The position numbers and the translations under genes are program-made. Below the pieces are notes generated by a model that searched no databases, had not been told where the DNA came from, and worked only from the letters and a program-made list of their open reading frames with translations. Shown here piece after piece: positions 49,714 through 63,915 of a DNA stretch of 64,000 nucleotides. The stretch spans positions 361,206 through 425,205 of the forward strand of contig DF236964.1 of NCBI GenBank assembly GCA_000708835.1, written 5' to 3'. Source of the DNA: Klebsormidium nitens (Eukaryota > Plantae > Klebsormidiophyceae). How positions within the stretch are numbered: the stretch's first letter is position 1; each line of letters starts with the position of its first letter.

Positions 49714-52583
49714 CTGCAAAGAATTGTTGTCAGTGTTAATGCGAAGAAGTATATTCCCAGTTCCATCACTGATGCGAATGGACTGAGGAATCCGACCTCT
49801 GCAACGCACCAATTGAGAGTGAATGACTGTCATCAGGCAGATGGAAGTAATGGGGTACAAAATCCTGTAGGCAGAAACATTGGAAACACCTACTTAACTG
49901 AGTACACCTGGTCTACGGCGAAGGGCTTTGAGTACATGAAAGCTTTTGGAAAGCTCTTCAGATCAAGTCCCTGCTCGATTCTGGGAGTCCAAGATGAAAG
50001 TGCAGCTTACAAACGTCGACTTCAATTGGCGCAATCCAGTATTGTTAAACAAAATACATAGCCACATTGCGTACCTTTTACCACCAGGTGGCCTTACGAT
50101 TTGCTGCGCTGATAAATCTTTCAAGAGGGTCCTGCTCAGAGCAGTTCCTTGCTACACAACTTGTTTCTCATATAGCTGTTGTAAACAAGGAACGTCATGT
50201 GAGGCCTGGAGTCCAGGTCCAAAATGGGGCTTGGATTGTTTAGGAACCCTTCAAAATGTTCGTCAGAGCCGCCTTTCCGAGATTGTCAGAAACACGGTGA
50301 TCAAGCAAATGGGATTCGCCACTTACTGGACGGTCACCAAGTGGACTGCCGATAACTCCTTCGACAGCGGCTTAGCAACTGCAAAGAGCCCCAGTTGGCA
50401 TCGTAAACCGTGCAGGACAGATGACTTCAGCGATCTGGAGGTGGTGCGCGTTCCACCAGTATAAAGGCCCCAGTGCAGGCATGGTGGTAAGGCCAACCAA
50501 ATAACAAGAGATGGACATGCTCCGTACTGTCAGCGGCTGTGAAGGACGAGCGTGTGTCTGAAGTGACAGGTTTTCTCCAAAGTTTGAAACGAAGGCACTG
50601 CATAGACCTTGTGTGACAGTTGTGTTCCACTTCGTGCGAAAAACTAGTGGCCTTAATCTGATGCACACGGCACATCCTATGCGGCAAACAGCTTCTGAAA
50701 GCTACCATCGGACGTGAGCAGTGGAGAGCCTGCTTGAGATCTTGCAAGATTTTAACCACCAGAAGCAGACGTTCGTCCAATGTTAGAAGCACCAGGTTCT
50801 AACTGAGACACACTAGTACCAGATATCACGGCCTTGTCGAGCAACAAACCAACACGTGTCGAGGCAGGACCCTTGAGCAAGTGGCAATCAACTGAGGCTC
50901 TTTGACATGTGCATGGAACTCGAGAGAAGAACCAACCTGGTTTTTTAGGGAATGCGTGCGCGGCGAAGACATCATATTCCCGATTAAATGTTGGTGAGGA
51001 AGCGGCCAATGCTTCGGTGGTTGTCCCAGACTCCTGCCCTTGCGCGTCCCGTACACCCATCCCTGCAGCTGCCAGCTGAAGGTGCTTCAGTCCCTCTCCC
51101 AGACAGCATTTGCCCACTGGAAAGTGCTCCAGAAACGACTTTGGCTGATTATATTCTCCATTTTGTGGCACTGGGTTCCATCCAGTGTTCAGTGGGTCTC
51201 AGGGCATCCCGATCATCAAGAGCTAAGCCTAGGTCCTATAGGCTCTAGCACAATCTGCAGATGACGCGAACCTCCAGGGATCGCTGCACTGTGCCATCTG
51301 CTGCCATGTGGCAGTTTTACCTTGACTCTGGCCAATCCTGCGGCAGAATTTAATGTAATTTCATTATTTGGAGTCAAACATTGAGGTACAGACTTCGCGC
51401 CTGTGTGAGTAATCCCCCTGAAACCAGTGAGACTGAGAGACAGAAAGGAGCTTTGAAGCATAGGATTGAAGTTGCTACAGTAGCTTCTGCTGACCAACCT
51501 CTCTAGAGGCCTGTAGGTATATTAGGGCGGTGCACCACGGTTCTCCAGCAGGGCGGTGCAGTGTCCGATCCACCCAACACAGGTACCTAGGACCTAGGAC
51601 CTAGCACACTGTAGCAGCTCTCATAGAGTTCACAGTGACCTGTGCATGCAAGAAGCTCAGGCCGGCTGTTGCAGCAGTGCAGGGACAGTGCAGGTGCACA
51701 AAGATACGGTAGCAGCCTCCATGCAACAAACCCAATCGCACGGTGTAAAGACCGTCACAAACCAATCAACCAACATCAGAACCGTCGCGTTTTAATACGA
51801 AGCTGTCGAATACGGCTGACGGGCGTTGCAGTAACCGTGAAAAACGGGGATCCCCCAAATTGTAGACCGAAGCTGCATGGTACTTTCCAAGTTGCGTGAG
51901 TGGGATCATTCACGACGTACGGTTTGCCGGGTCAACTAGAATGTCCTCCCCCTTGGAAGTTTTGCGATGAAGGGTTTAGTACGGGGTTAAGGATGTCCCG
52001 TTTTCGCAGTAGGGAATTTGCGGGGAAATTTGTCGGGGGTAGGTAGTAGGGGGGTTAGTAGCTCAAGTTTCGATCTCGGTCAATGCGGTCACGGTCAACC
52101 CGGTAAGGGTTTCGGCCAATAGGAGCACGAATATAAATGCCTTACCGTTTTTGGAACATGATGTCATCAAGATTCAATATTATTAGGGAGGCAACAAGAA
52201 CTAGGGAAGGTGGTTATTCTAGCCTATCAACAGCTCAGCTAGTGGGCCCGGCGCCAGGGGCGGCCGCCCGTCCGACGGCTCGCACGCGAGCGGGCCGCGC
52301 ACTGGCTGGCCCCCGCCGTACGGTAGGTACCGTTCGTACAAAGTATACCTAGTACGTACCGGCCTTGTGTAGAAGGAAACAAAGCTTCACAGCCTACAGG
52401 CTACTATAGTACAGGCCACAGGTAAAAAGAAGACACAGACTCAGTGTTCCTGGACAAGACAGCGGACAGCTTGGCTCTGAGTCTGTGTGCCCCAGCCTTC
52501 TCGAGTAGACTCGTTGGGTGTTGGAGAGTTCTGTGTTGTCCAGTGCTTCCGAATCACTCACTCGGGAGAGTTTATTTGAAGAG

Positions 52584-55500
52584 ATGGCAACGCCGGGGGC
52601 AGGGGGCAATCTGCAAGCGAAACTGGTATGTACAGTCCTCGATCTTGTGATAGACAAGCATGTCAAAACAGGAACGTCTTCGTTTATCTCTTACGGTTCT
52701 GGCCTTTCGATTCTGGAAAGAAAATGGCTCCGGGATTGAGTCTGCAAAGTTGGTGGGCTCTTCTATAAGGGTTTAATCCTGTGGGCAACATGCATCTTTG
52801 CTATCAACTCCTGAGCTGCTGTGCCATATCTTTTGCATGACTGCTCCTTGTCAAAAAGCTGCTCCGTTCTGCTTGATCTTTCTTCAGAATACAGACAGTG
52901 AGAATACAGACAGTGAAAACTAGATAAGCAACGGCGGGGTGCTTGGTGACAGCATGCTGTATTAGGGTTTGATTGTCAGCTTGTTTCAAACTGAGGACTT
53001 GCCAACGCATTGTATTCTAGACGAGTAGAAGAATCTTACGCGTTGTTTGCATGCTCTTCCTGGAAGTGCAACCTGCTTCTAGGTATGCTTTAGGACCTCT
53101 GGGGATCTGGAAATTATTGGATCTAAAAGAGCTCGCCATTGATTAGGGTTCAGTTTGTTCAAAATTTGGACTGGCCGTGAAGATGTTCAGAGTCAGCAAG
53201 ACGTGTTTCCTCCTTCATTACAGCAGCTAAATTGTTTGACATCCAGAGCCCAAGTTTTGCAAAGCGGCCACCTGTAAGGCTGTCTCTATGAGGTTTTAGT
53301 TGAAGCTCATCATGTTGCTGCCAACTGCTCTGCAAGCTCCGGCTTTCTTTTGAGTCACACGTGCGCCGCATTGCGCGCACTCTCAAATCTGCAAGATTGC
53401 ATCGTCAATTGTAAGCGGCCGCTTCAATGCATCTGAGCTGGTTTCCCTGTGAATACCAGCGTCTGGTTGTCAACTCTGGTCACATTGTGTGTAGAAGCCT
53501 GATCGCACAACGGCTATCTGAATTCTCTTTCAATATCCCGAGTTTCTCGGTTGCAACCGTACCTCAAATTCTGGACCCGGTTTGACTTTGTGAGCGTTTT
53601 GTCGTGAGCTTGGCCTACGGTTGGAGACGGGGGAACAACAAGTAACAAAAAGCAAGAATGCTTGATCACGTTATTTCACTGCTTGGCCAGGTGCTCTTGG
53701 GCGACATGGGCGCTGGAAAGTCCAGTCTTGTGCTGCGCTTCGTGAAGGGCCAATTCTTTGATTACCAGGTAAAACACCATTTTTACCCTGCCGTTTTGGT
53801 TTGATGTGCTTGGCCAAGCCTGTTTGCTGTTGATAACCTCTCTGAAAGTGTCTCTTGGATTGCAAATCATTTGAAACAGTGAGATGTGAGTTGCCGTAGC
53901 TGCGGGAGTCGTACGAAATTGATATGGTCAAGGGCAGCTCCGAACGTGAGGCCAACACCATCCATGTCCTTCACTCCTCCATCTGATCAAAGAACAAGCA
54001 TCGTTGAGGCATTTTCAGAAGACCTCCTTTCCATTTGCAGGAGTCCACAATCGGGGCTGCATTTCTGACCCAGACAGTAGCCGTCAATGACGTGACCGTG
54101 AAGTTTGAGATCTGGGATACAGGTAAAGCAGTTGTCGTTGATTTGTCATACTTTCTTTCCTAACACTTCCATTGGAAGGCCCAATTGTCTCTTGCGTGGC
54201 TGCGCTTTTCTCGTCGGATGCTCGAAGTGCTCCACTTGTGTCCAAGGGATCTGTTCTTCGAACGCATTTCCTCAGTTGTACCTACAGGAACGTCCCAGAT
54301 GGTAAAGCTGTGCTTGTTCTTTGCACTCCAGACCAGTGCTCTTCTTTTTGTGATGTTGGGTTTGTTGAGGACAGCTTACAAGGAGCTGACAGCTGTAAGA
54401 AGGGTTTGAAGCATCTTCCGTTGTTTGGCATGTTTTGAATCAGGGGGTGGGCCCAAGTGTTTCTTGCTGACTCTCTACCCACGGGCTTTTCTATGCATGT
54501 TTTTACACCTGCATCTCTACATCACTTGAACGAGAATTTGTCACACTTCATTTTTGTCACACTTGATTTTTTGAAGCGCGCGTTTTCAGTGCTCACTTGG
54601 AGCAGCCCATGATGTTCTGATTGGTCAAGTAGGTGAAAGAAAAGCTGCCGCTTATTCTACCTGTCAAACAACGATTTCCTTTCGCTTTCGGTCGTTCTAC
54701 CTTCTTTCTGAGGCCGACGGAGTGGGGGCAATTCTAGTGATCTGCAAGTCTTGCTTTTCGAAGTCTCCACAACGCCAAGTGCAAGACCACAGGCCTTTCT
54801 GGGTTGATTCACCTCATTCTAGTTTCCTTGCTGCAGCCGGCCAGGAGCGTTACCACAGCCTGGCGCCCATGTACTACCGAGGGGCCGCAGCGGCGATCGT
54901 GGTGTATGACATCACAAATACGGTGAGTATGTCGTCAACACAGAAGTGTATGCTCGCTAGCTCATCACATGCACGACGATCCACATGCAGAATTCGAACA
55001 TCACAGCGGGCGCAGGAGCATCTCCCTTCATCGAATGTCAAAGCTACCGAATCGCTCGGTCGCGGGCTATGACGAACGAGCCCGAGGTCGTTCATTCGTT
55101 CAAATTGAGAAAGACGTTCACCGACGGCTAAAAGCCACTGAAGTGTCAAAAGAAGAGGCAAAGCCGACGTGAATGGAATGCAACAATATGAGGGCGTTGC
55201 TTGTTCTAATAAGGCAGTCTGCAGCAGCGGCCATGATACTCAATTGCAACCATTATGTCATGGATGGACTCGACATTCGACTTCGTTGAGAAGGTAGTCT
55301 CTCTACTCTGGGAGATAACAAGTTGATCACTCGTCTAGTTAAAAAGGCGCAGCCCTTGGTGGTGTTCAGTTGCTTCCAGGAACTGAACACCACTTCGTGC
55401 GCAGATTCTGTTCCGAAAATCCTTCTTGATCTCATTGCGGTCGCTAGAAGCTCGTTCGAGCTACTAGGGACGTCTTTGAGGCGACTTGTCTAAGTGTCGA

Positions 55501-57732
55501 ACTTTGAACGTTTTGGGCGTTTGTAAACGTTCTCAAGTTCGCAGAATACAAGCTTCTCAATAGCTTCATCAGTGGAGCCTTCCGGTTGTCGCCGGATTGA
55601 ACCAACGAAACCCTGTGTTCTCTGACTATCCCCTGTTTGAGCGGGGCTGAATCTGGGATGTCTGTTTTTCCAGGAATCGTTCACACGAGCAAAGAACTGG
55701 GTTCGCGAGTTGCAGAGACAAGGTAAGAGGCCGTACTTCTGGTAGTAGATGCGTTAAACAATGAGAATCTCTAGATGCAGTCACCAATAGTCAACCCGCC
55801 TTTAGTTACCTCGCCTCTGATGCTGGTCTCGTCTCAATCTGTCATGCATATAGGCTACTATCGCCAGAACGGTCTTGATCCGTTCAATCGCTCAACATGA
55901 GCCGTTTTGGAAGGTGTAGTCGTCTGAAGTTGACGTTCTCTTCCTCCTGTTCATGAGAAGTGAGATACGTGCGTCCACGCGTCTGCACTGAGCAAGCAAG
56001 TCCCTTCGTAAGAGACTGCAACCGAGGGTTGAGCAGTTGATCCATTCGTGGAGGAATGAAGTCTCCTTGCAATCCGCTTTCTTGCTTTGACTCTGCTATC
56101 ATTTTTTGGTCGGCTCGTGTCGCTTTTCGGTGCCTGCTGGTCTCCCCTGGCATCCTGAATTAATTACGCGAGAAGGCGAGCTGGTTGGTATCTCTATCTA
56201 GCTGTTCTCATACACGGATTTCGTGCGCTCGACCTGAGGCAACAGCCAATCCGCTCTTTTAAAAGTTCCTGAATTAGATTTAATGCCGCTGAGTCATCCA
56301 CACAGCGGGTTCGCTCAAAGATCCTGGCGCTCTAGTCTCGTCCGTTTCTTACGAAAGGCTTGTTTTTCTTGTTTTCTCACCCTTCTTGATCCTTCCGTGC
56401 TTCTTTCAGGGAACCCCAATCTGGTGATTGCGTTGGCTGGCAACAAAGCGGATCTGGCCTCGAAGAGAAAAGTGGAGACGGAGGTACGGCGGCGGATGAT
56501 TCTCAGCCCCCTTACCCATCCTCGTTGTCCCGTATTTTCGGTTGTCATTTTGTAGTGAATCCCTATCAAAGAGCCGTACACTCTGCTTGGCTTGCAGGTC
56601 ATATGGCCGGTTTTTCGGTTATGCAAGGTCTGAATTATTATGGACTGCGGCAGGTTGTTTTGCTCAAAACAAAGAGCATTGATGTCCTCCATCCAACTTT
56701 CTCCGGTGGATGAAAGCACATGTCCAGGTCAGCATGGTGTCAATGGAGTGTAGAAGGCGTGGCGTAATCGAGGGCTGCATCGCAGTTGCATGTGGCTCCC
56801 AAACAATGGACGGATTAAACAGAGCTTACAGTGCCCTATGTGAGATTCTATCAGCCCTTTTGAGTGGATCAGCCCCCACGAGCACAGCTGCGAAAGCGTC
56901 GAGCTAGAAGCCCTAGCATTTTCTGCAGAAGTGCTGACCTCAGCGCGTCGGGTGTTGCAGGAGGGACAGAGCTATGCTGACGAGAACGGCCTCTTCTTCA
57001 TCGAGACGTCCGCCAAGTCCGCTCAGAACGTCAACGAGGTCTTCTACGAGATTGGTGAGCCCCACACCCCGACCTGCGATTGGGCCTTTGCGACGTCTTT
57101 TAACCCCTTCCTTCTCCGCTCCTGCTCTTTTGGTTTCATAACCACGTCTTCGTGCTGGAAACGCTTTTTGCCCGCTCTGTCTCGTTTCTACATTCGTGAT
57201 TGCGCTCCCTGCGTTTCAGCTTCCACTCAAGGCCGCTTAAGCCCCTTTCAAGGGGAAAATACTACTTGCAAATCTTTTGTTTCTTTTTCGGGAATTCCTA
57301 TTCAAATAGAAGCTCCATTCTTGACCCTATCTTATGCGTCCGGCGAAGTGTACATAGAAAGTTTGGGTGCCTTTTTTGAAGGTTGCTGTTTGTCATCAGT
57401 CGCATGACGTGCCTTTCAGTCACTGGTCGCGATACACGTGGCCCCAATCATCTTGGACACGTACAAACTTCAACTGTCCGTCTTGAGCTTCCGTCGTGAA
57501 TCACTAGACGCTTTCGATCGACCATCGTACTTTTCCCTACGAGTTTCACGTTAAATCAAAATTGGGTGAAGTCAGCACGTTTGCAGCTTTCCACGGTTTA
57601 CCAAAGGTTGGACTTACTTTTTTTGCAGCCCGAAAGCTCCCCAAGGCGGCCCCCGCACCCCAACCGCAAGGCCTGAACCTGAACGCACAAGGCAGGACGC
57701 AGCCCAAGAGATCCTGCTGCAGTACGTCCTGA
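52584..57732 (+). CDS. RAB5: Rab5-family small GTPase (conventional RabF2/RHA1/ARA7 type), 202 aa, 8 exons
   Basis: Exons 52584-52625, 53691-53768, 54041-54122, 54837-54922, 55674-55722, 56410-56483, 56961-57054, 57629-57732 (609 nt). Motifs: [47 protein letters not shown]-terminal SCCSTS prenylation site. No N-terminal acylation extension, so not RabF1/ARA6. Confidence 0.96.
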
Positions 57733-60362
57733 CCGAGCTGGCGTCCGAGAAACATTTCCCAACCGTTCGTTGCCGCGAGCGTGTGCGGTTCTAAGTAGCG
57801 CTTGTAAGATACATATGATACTTGCAGTTTAGTGAAGTTGCGATGTAAGATATATGCCACTTGTGAATATCGATAAAGCTGCCGCAATGCTGCCCTTTCT
57901 GGTGACGCGGATTCTGAATTTGGTATGTAAAAGACAAGCCTCAGAAACATGACAAGTATTTCCAATGGAAACTAAGCTACTTGCTTGCGATTGGCGGCTC
58001 ACATCTCAGCACCTCAGCTTTTGCTGCCTATGCTGACGCCAGGGTGGTCTTTCCATGCTCGACGGTGATGATTCTATCCTACAATCTAGTACTGCGCGGC
58101 GGCGCGGCCATGCCCGCACCAGGCAAATGATTGATATTCCTGCCAGCTAGGCCCAGCCAGCTAGTGGACATGAGCTGCGGCGCTTAGACAACACTTGAGT
58201 TGTTGTGATCATCATTCTATACCGTGATCCGGTATGAGCTGATCGGAGTGACTCGCCCGCATTCGATCGTGCAACCGCGCGTTCGACGGCCCGCGCAGTA
58301 TATATATAGTGACCTCCAATCATTCAAAACTATGCTGGGCAAGGAGTCGGAATCATTTAGCCTTGCGTTGTATAACATATGCATGCATGCCAGTGCATGG
58401 CCGGCACTGCCCGGCCATGCATGGTTTACATTGCAATATATGAAAAGTGCACTAGCCATGCCTGGCGCCAGGCGCCGAGAGCTCAAGGATCTATAACTTA
58501 CGACCGCGCCTTTGTTAAGCGCGCATGCATGTGGGCACGGGATTGTTGAGCATGACCATGTCGCTTCTTGCTGGCGCGGCGGCAGATAGTGATCAATCTG
58601 AATTGGCCCCTAGCCATGAGATACTGAGCTCACAACGACGCTAAAATCAAATGATTCTTGACAAGTCTGGGACTTGCTTGGACCATGGCATGATCCGTTG
58701 TTTGCTATCGTAAGATAATTCTGTACGATATAACCCCAGCTTTCATGAGCGTTGCAAGCCTTGCATGATCAATCCGTAATTGGGCCGCGGCATCCATCAC
58801 GAGCTCGCGAAAGTTGAGAGCGCTGAGTTGATCTGTACACGCTATAGTTGCTGTAGCCTAGCCAGCAGTCCTACAGAGATTAAGTTACGAGTGTGCACGG
58901 CACATATGGATGATGGTCACTGCTTAATGAGGTCCGCGTCAATAAGGACAAAACTCCAACGATAAATATACCTCGTGTGAATGTGAACCTGACCTTTCTA
59001 CGTCCCTTGCTTGGGGGGCCACTAAGCGTGACTGTCACGCTGCCGAACCAGTTTATCATCCGTGCTCAGGCTCTGAGACTACCAGTATGTCAACATTGAA
59101 ATAGGCCGGCTGACGTTAGTCGAGCCTGACTGCGAAAGAATGGGTATTTGAAGATCCTGACTTCTCGCTACTGCCGCTGTCAGTTTTGTCCCTCGAAATG
59201 TTCGATCGTTGTGCACCGACGACGTGTGCTGGCAAAGAGGATTGCGACTTCAACCCCAGGTAAGCCGCCTCCGCAGGTTCCGTCACTGAAATACGAAAGC
59301 CTATAGCATATCGAGCTCCGCTCTCAGCAGCAGCGTTCGTCGCAACGACACGTGGGCGCCCGAGACGGTCTCCTGGACAACCACCTCGCCGTATTTCTGC
59401 AAGCGAGCGCCAAAAGTGCGGTGCCGTGAGTATCGCGTATCGCGGCCCGCAAGCGGTATGAGCGGATGCGTTACAGATTGCAAGCGTGGAATGAAGCGCG
59501 GCGTCAGAAGTAGCATTTCTGAAGGCTTGCATACTCGTGATGCTGCGCAAAAGTTATGACACAAGGCCGCCCATCATGGGAATGCATGGATCATCAAAGT
59601 AAACCTCGGAAGTGTCCTCGGCGATACAGGCAATGAAAAGACGGCCCTCGGTATATTTTGGTCCAAAGTTGGACCGTCAATTTTACGGATCGATCGGCAA
59701 AACGACCTCCAGAGGTACTGTTTGGGAGTCCCCGTATAACTACAGGAAAGGCAAACGTGCGACCAATCATGTGTTCAAATGGAACAATTCCATATGGTCG
59801 GACGAAAGGGTCAGCTGCTTCGAAAGGACTTTCAGTTGCTTTGAGGAAATAGCCATGCGCATGCAGTCTCAAAAGAAACGAGAACCCTGCTTTCTCATAA
59901 TCAGTAACCATCGAAGCGGAACCCAAACCGAGGATCGACTTATGATACTGCAAGAGCTTGCGGAGTTTGTTTACAAGAATATCACTTATCGCCAGGTGGA
60001 CGGTATGTCTGAGAATGAGACGCCAGTGAAGATCGACGTGCTAAAAATACTCATCAGACTTCGTTGGCGTACCAAAACGTGCGGCAGCGGTTCGGGCTGG
60101 AGGGCTTGATTTGTCCTCAATCAAATGAACATACTGTTTTGGTTCGACGCGAGTGCGTTGATCGAAGCTCAAGCCCTTTAAATTTGCAGGAAATGAATCA
60201 AAAAGTTTATAATTCATACATGCAAAGCACGGAGGACTCGAAAAGTCCCTTCAACTTCTGAGCGGAGGACTATCTTGAGAGTCACCAATTCCTTCACTAG
60301 AGAACGTAAGCACAACTGGACCGGACTCCTGTGAGAGCAAAAGAAGGGTCTCGCCAACCCAC

Positions 60363-63109
60363 CTCGTAACCTAGTTTCTTGTACAACTCCTGCGCGCCCC
60401 TATTATCGACTTCCACGTGGCAGAAGACTTCACTAAAGCCTGCGGACAAAACGAGCCGTCAGTGGTCGACATGCGGATACTTCTCGATTCCATGTTGACT
60501 AAGCGCATGTTGACTAAGGACAGTGCTCGGGGGCACAACAAACCTGAAAACGTAACCCAAAAATTGGCACACGCTCCGCACCCGTACCAACCCTAACCCC
60601 TCAATCAACCCTACCCGTCCCCTGGGTGTTTTCCTTAGTTAAGAATAGAGTCGAGACCTATGACATCCAGTGGGTTGGCGGATCAAGGCGGGACTTCCAT
60701 TCCACGCTACACGAAACAGAAGCACAAAGCTCGACTCTGTATCACGTCTTGAAGAGGACTAGAAGAGGCTCGATTGCAATCAGCATTCCCGCTGGACTCT
60801 TGGATCGGAATCGGCCTCGTGCGAGCATTGAGACGTGCTTTGCACGCTTGGGCCCGTAAAGCCCTCCTCCCTCGTCAAACAGTCCTTCGTACCCTGCTGA
60901 GAAAGCAGTCCGCTCTTATAGAAACAACCTGCCTTACAGACTTACCCCACTCTTTAACCACCAATGCGGCGGCCCCCATCATTTGCGCGGCGATGCCCCT
61001 CCGCCGCGCGCGCTCGGGAACGCAGACGTTCGATATGTACACGTATTTTCGCGCCTTAGTGACGGGCCGCTTGCCCGCAAAGGTCACGCTTTCTTCCGAA
61101 GTTTCTTCCTGCGAAAGAGTAAACGCTGTTTAAAAATCAGGAAAGATCAGAGTTTGCATCTCTGACCGCTCTTTCCAGTGGGAAAACTTTCGTATACATC
61201 TTCTGTGCAGATCGCATCTGCCCACTTTTATAGCCGTTAACAAATCTTCAGAGATAAAGTTCCTCGAACCCGGCTTAAGGATCAGCATTTCGATCGGGAG
61301 AAACGAGACGCTCTGAAATCAGGGCCTACAAAGATCGGCGTCACGAATACGTTGGCCAAACCGTTGGAGCTCGGTTTGTCCACCTTGATGTTCCTGTGCT
61401 TCTACGTAACAAAACGAAACATTTCGACTGGAAATGCTGAAACGTCTCCAATTTGTCCAGAAAGCCACGAACATATACAGGCAACTGAAAGCTCCAATGT
61501 CTTTGAGCCTCGTTGTTATCGTCATACAGTAGGGGATTGTGACTGCGTTAGCAAAGGATTGAACGCAGTATCTGCCCAAGTCGGGACAGGGGGTCGCAGA
61601 TTAAGGAGGCAAGTCCTGAGTTACTTGTTGAGGAAACGTAGAAGAAAAGAGTCCACGCAAGAGCTCACAAACCCAAAGCCTTCAAGTAACTCAACTCACC
61701 CCAGCAATCCGTTCCCCTGGCATAAGTTGCTTTAGGCTGACGTCAAGCGTACCAATGACGTAGTCGGAAGCCGGATACGAAGCAGCCAGCGCGGTGGGGT
61801 CGACTGCGACCAGGCAGCAACACCGAAGGTGGCGCCCCGTTTGCGCTTTTGTCCGCTTCAGTAACGAACCGAACTCCTGCAACGGGGACAACGTGTCACG
61901 CCATCAAACAAGGGTCAGTTTTACAGACACAAATGCAGTCAGATCTTTGCTTTATCATCTTGGGATACTATCTGACAAGAAAAGCGTGACAATCAACAAT
62001 ATGGCGTGAGCTTCAAAGGTGGTGTCTAAGGACAAGCTCCAAGAGGCTTGAACCGTTTGCAAGTAACCCAAAATCAACAGGAACAGGGTATCTCTACAAG
62101 TAATAGCACAGACATGACAGGCCTTAGGTTCCAATAATAAGTAATCGGACACCCAACCACTCAAGTCCTGTGCCCTTGCACCCTGACCGTAAGTGCGTGT
62201 CAAGCAATCAAGAACAAACGACGAGGCAATCACCTCCTCAATTGGAGCGAAGTTTGAGAAGGGTTGGGCTTGAAAACCATCTGCCCAACTCATCTGCTCA
62301 CGCACCTGCTCGGCAAATTGCTTCCGGTAGCTGTCCACAAACCGCGTGTATGGCAGCCCGTCTGCGTACACGTCCGCCCGCATCCACGCGGCCGCAAGCA
62401 GCTCTTCCTCCGACGCTGCCTCCCGCACCTCGAAGCTTGTCCCCGGTTCACATAAATCTCCAGCTTCCCTTTTCCCGTCCTTGCCTTCCGCTGACTTTCC
62501 TAAAGTTCCCTGTTTTGAATCATGTTTCTCGTTATCTTTCAAGCAGTGGTGCAGCGTGCTTTCAGGTGAAGCTAGGATTTCATCCAATGAAATCCTGGCT
62601 TCGTGAGCTGGCAAAGGCGTTCGAGTTTGCCCGATGTAAGCAGGTACTGAGGCGCCCTCATAGTGGGGACTTTCTGGCAATCCTGTTGATGCACTGGGCG
62701 AGCTTCCAGTGTCCAACTCATCCCTTACACATGGCGCAACCTCATTGGCCGTGGCTGTGCAGCTGCAACCCTGCCCGCTTTGACGCCAGGTGCCAGTACT
62801 TTTGTGTTGCCCAGTCCCTTGGCACAATACCGCTCTTCGATACTGAGACCGCAGCCATCGATGCCATAACAGTGTCAAAGGTGGTTTTTGAGTGGGTGCC
62901 CATTGCAGTTTACTTGGTTTCGTGGAGTTCCAAATTCCGCACTGCGCCCTCGGATTGCAGCGTATTGAGCACTTGGTCGTTGTCTTAGAAGGGAGTACCG
63001 TGGGGTTCCTGCATCCTAAGTCTGGCATGCGCACTTGAAATTTCAAAGCTCCTGATTTGTGGAGTGATTTGCAGCTTGTTGCTTCTGCGCGCCACCCCTT
63101 TGACGCCAT
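60363..63109 (-). CDS. GNAT-family acetyltransferase with long N-terminal extension (resembles plastid-associated plant GNATs); 3' end unresolved
   Basis: Exons 63109-62306, 61876-61700, (possible micro-exon near 61405), 61108-60946, 60439-60363. Motifs: AAAWMRAD...FVDSYRKQFAEQ|EF, VIGTLDVS, YVYISNVCVPERARRRGIA (AcCoA motif A), HVEVDNRGAQELYKKLGY. Confidence 0.85.
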
Positions 63110-63681
63110 TGCATTTCCCCAAGGTCAACATCCACATCGCACAAGCTGCTGCATGGAGTTTGTCACGAATGTGGGCCCAGAGTCGACTTCCCGTCAGCAG
63201 CACTGCCAGCGTATCTGTACTTGAAAGCCGCCCGTGGAGTGAAAAGCTTTGCTCTTTTCGCCGCAATAAGATAGGCGGCTTTCAATACAGCCCCTTGCCT
63301 GACGACGTGGATGGCCAGCTTCTTCTGCATTGCGCACACGCCCATGGCTTCAAGCTTGTTCTGCTTCTGGCCCAACTAGCTACGCGAAGATGCTGATTTG
63401 GGCACGGCAACGGTGCCGCGGCTTCGGTAAAGGTTATAATGGTAAACAGCAAGCCAAATGAACTTCGGTGTTAAATTTGGGCCACTCACAGGCCGCCACG
63501 TCATAACCCCCAGGTACCAAAAGAGTGAAGGTGTCCGGAACGGTCGTACCAGGGGTCGAAACCTGAAGTCGGAGCCGGTACGGACCCAAGTAGTCCCAAC
63601 CCGATCACCGGGCACTCGGAAGCAATGCCAGTGTACCCTAAGTAGGTTACTTAGGGAGATTTTCTTCTCCTCCGAAAACTC

Positions 63682-63915
63682 AAGTACAATGTTGCAGCTT
63701 TTGCAGGTATGGCCTTACATACATATATATCGGCAATCTGATCGGAGACGAAAAACTCTGTACTACTAATCTGTTATATTCTCTTCTCCAAAAAAGTCAA
63801 TTACAATATTGCATCTTTTTCAGGTATGTCTTACATATATACATATCGCCACATGGGAACCAAAGGGAAAACTCTGTACTACTAATCTGTTATAATTCCT
63901 TCCCTGGAGAAGAAA
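63682..63915. repeat. Imperfect tandem duplication (~120-bp period)
   Basis: tacaatgttgcagcttttgcaggtatggccttacat...aaaactctgtactactaatctgttata occurs twice. Confidence 0.85.

Noticed and set aside
51950-52130. Interstitial telomere array upstream of RAB5
   Set aside because: Only scattered GGGTTTAG/GGGGTTAG units, not a tandem array; more consistent with promoter telo-box-like or G-rich sequence.
59612-59660. AMKRRPSVYFG resembling the GyrB/topo II 'RKRPGMYIG' motif
   Set aside because: No other GHKL motifs follow, so this is probably coincidence.
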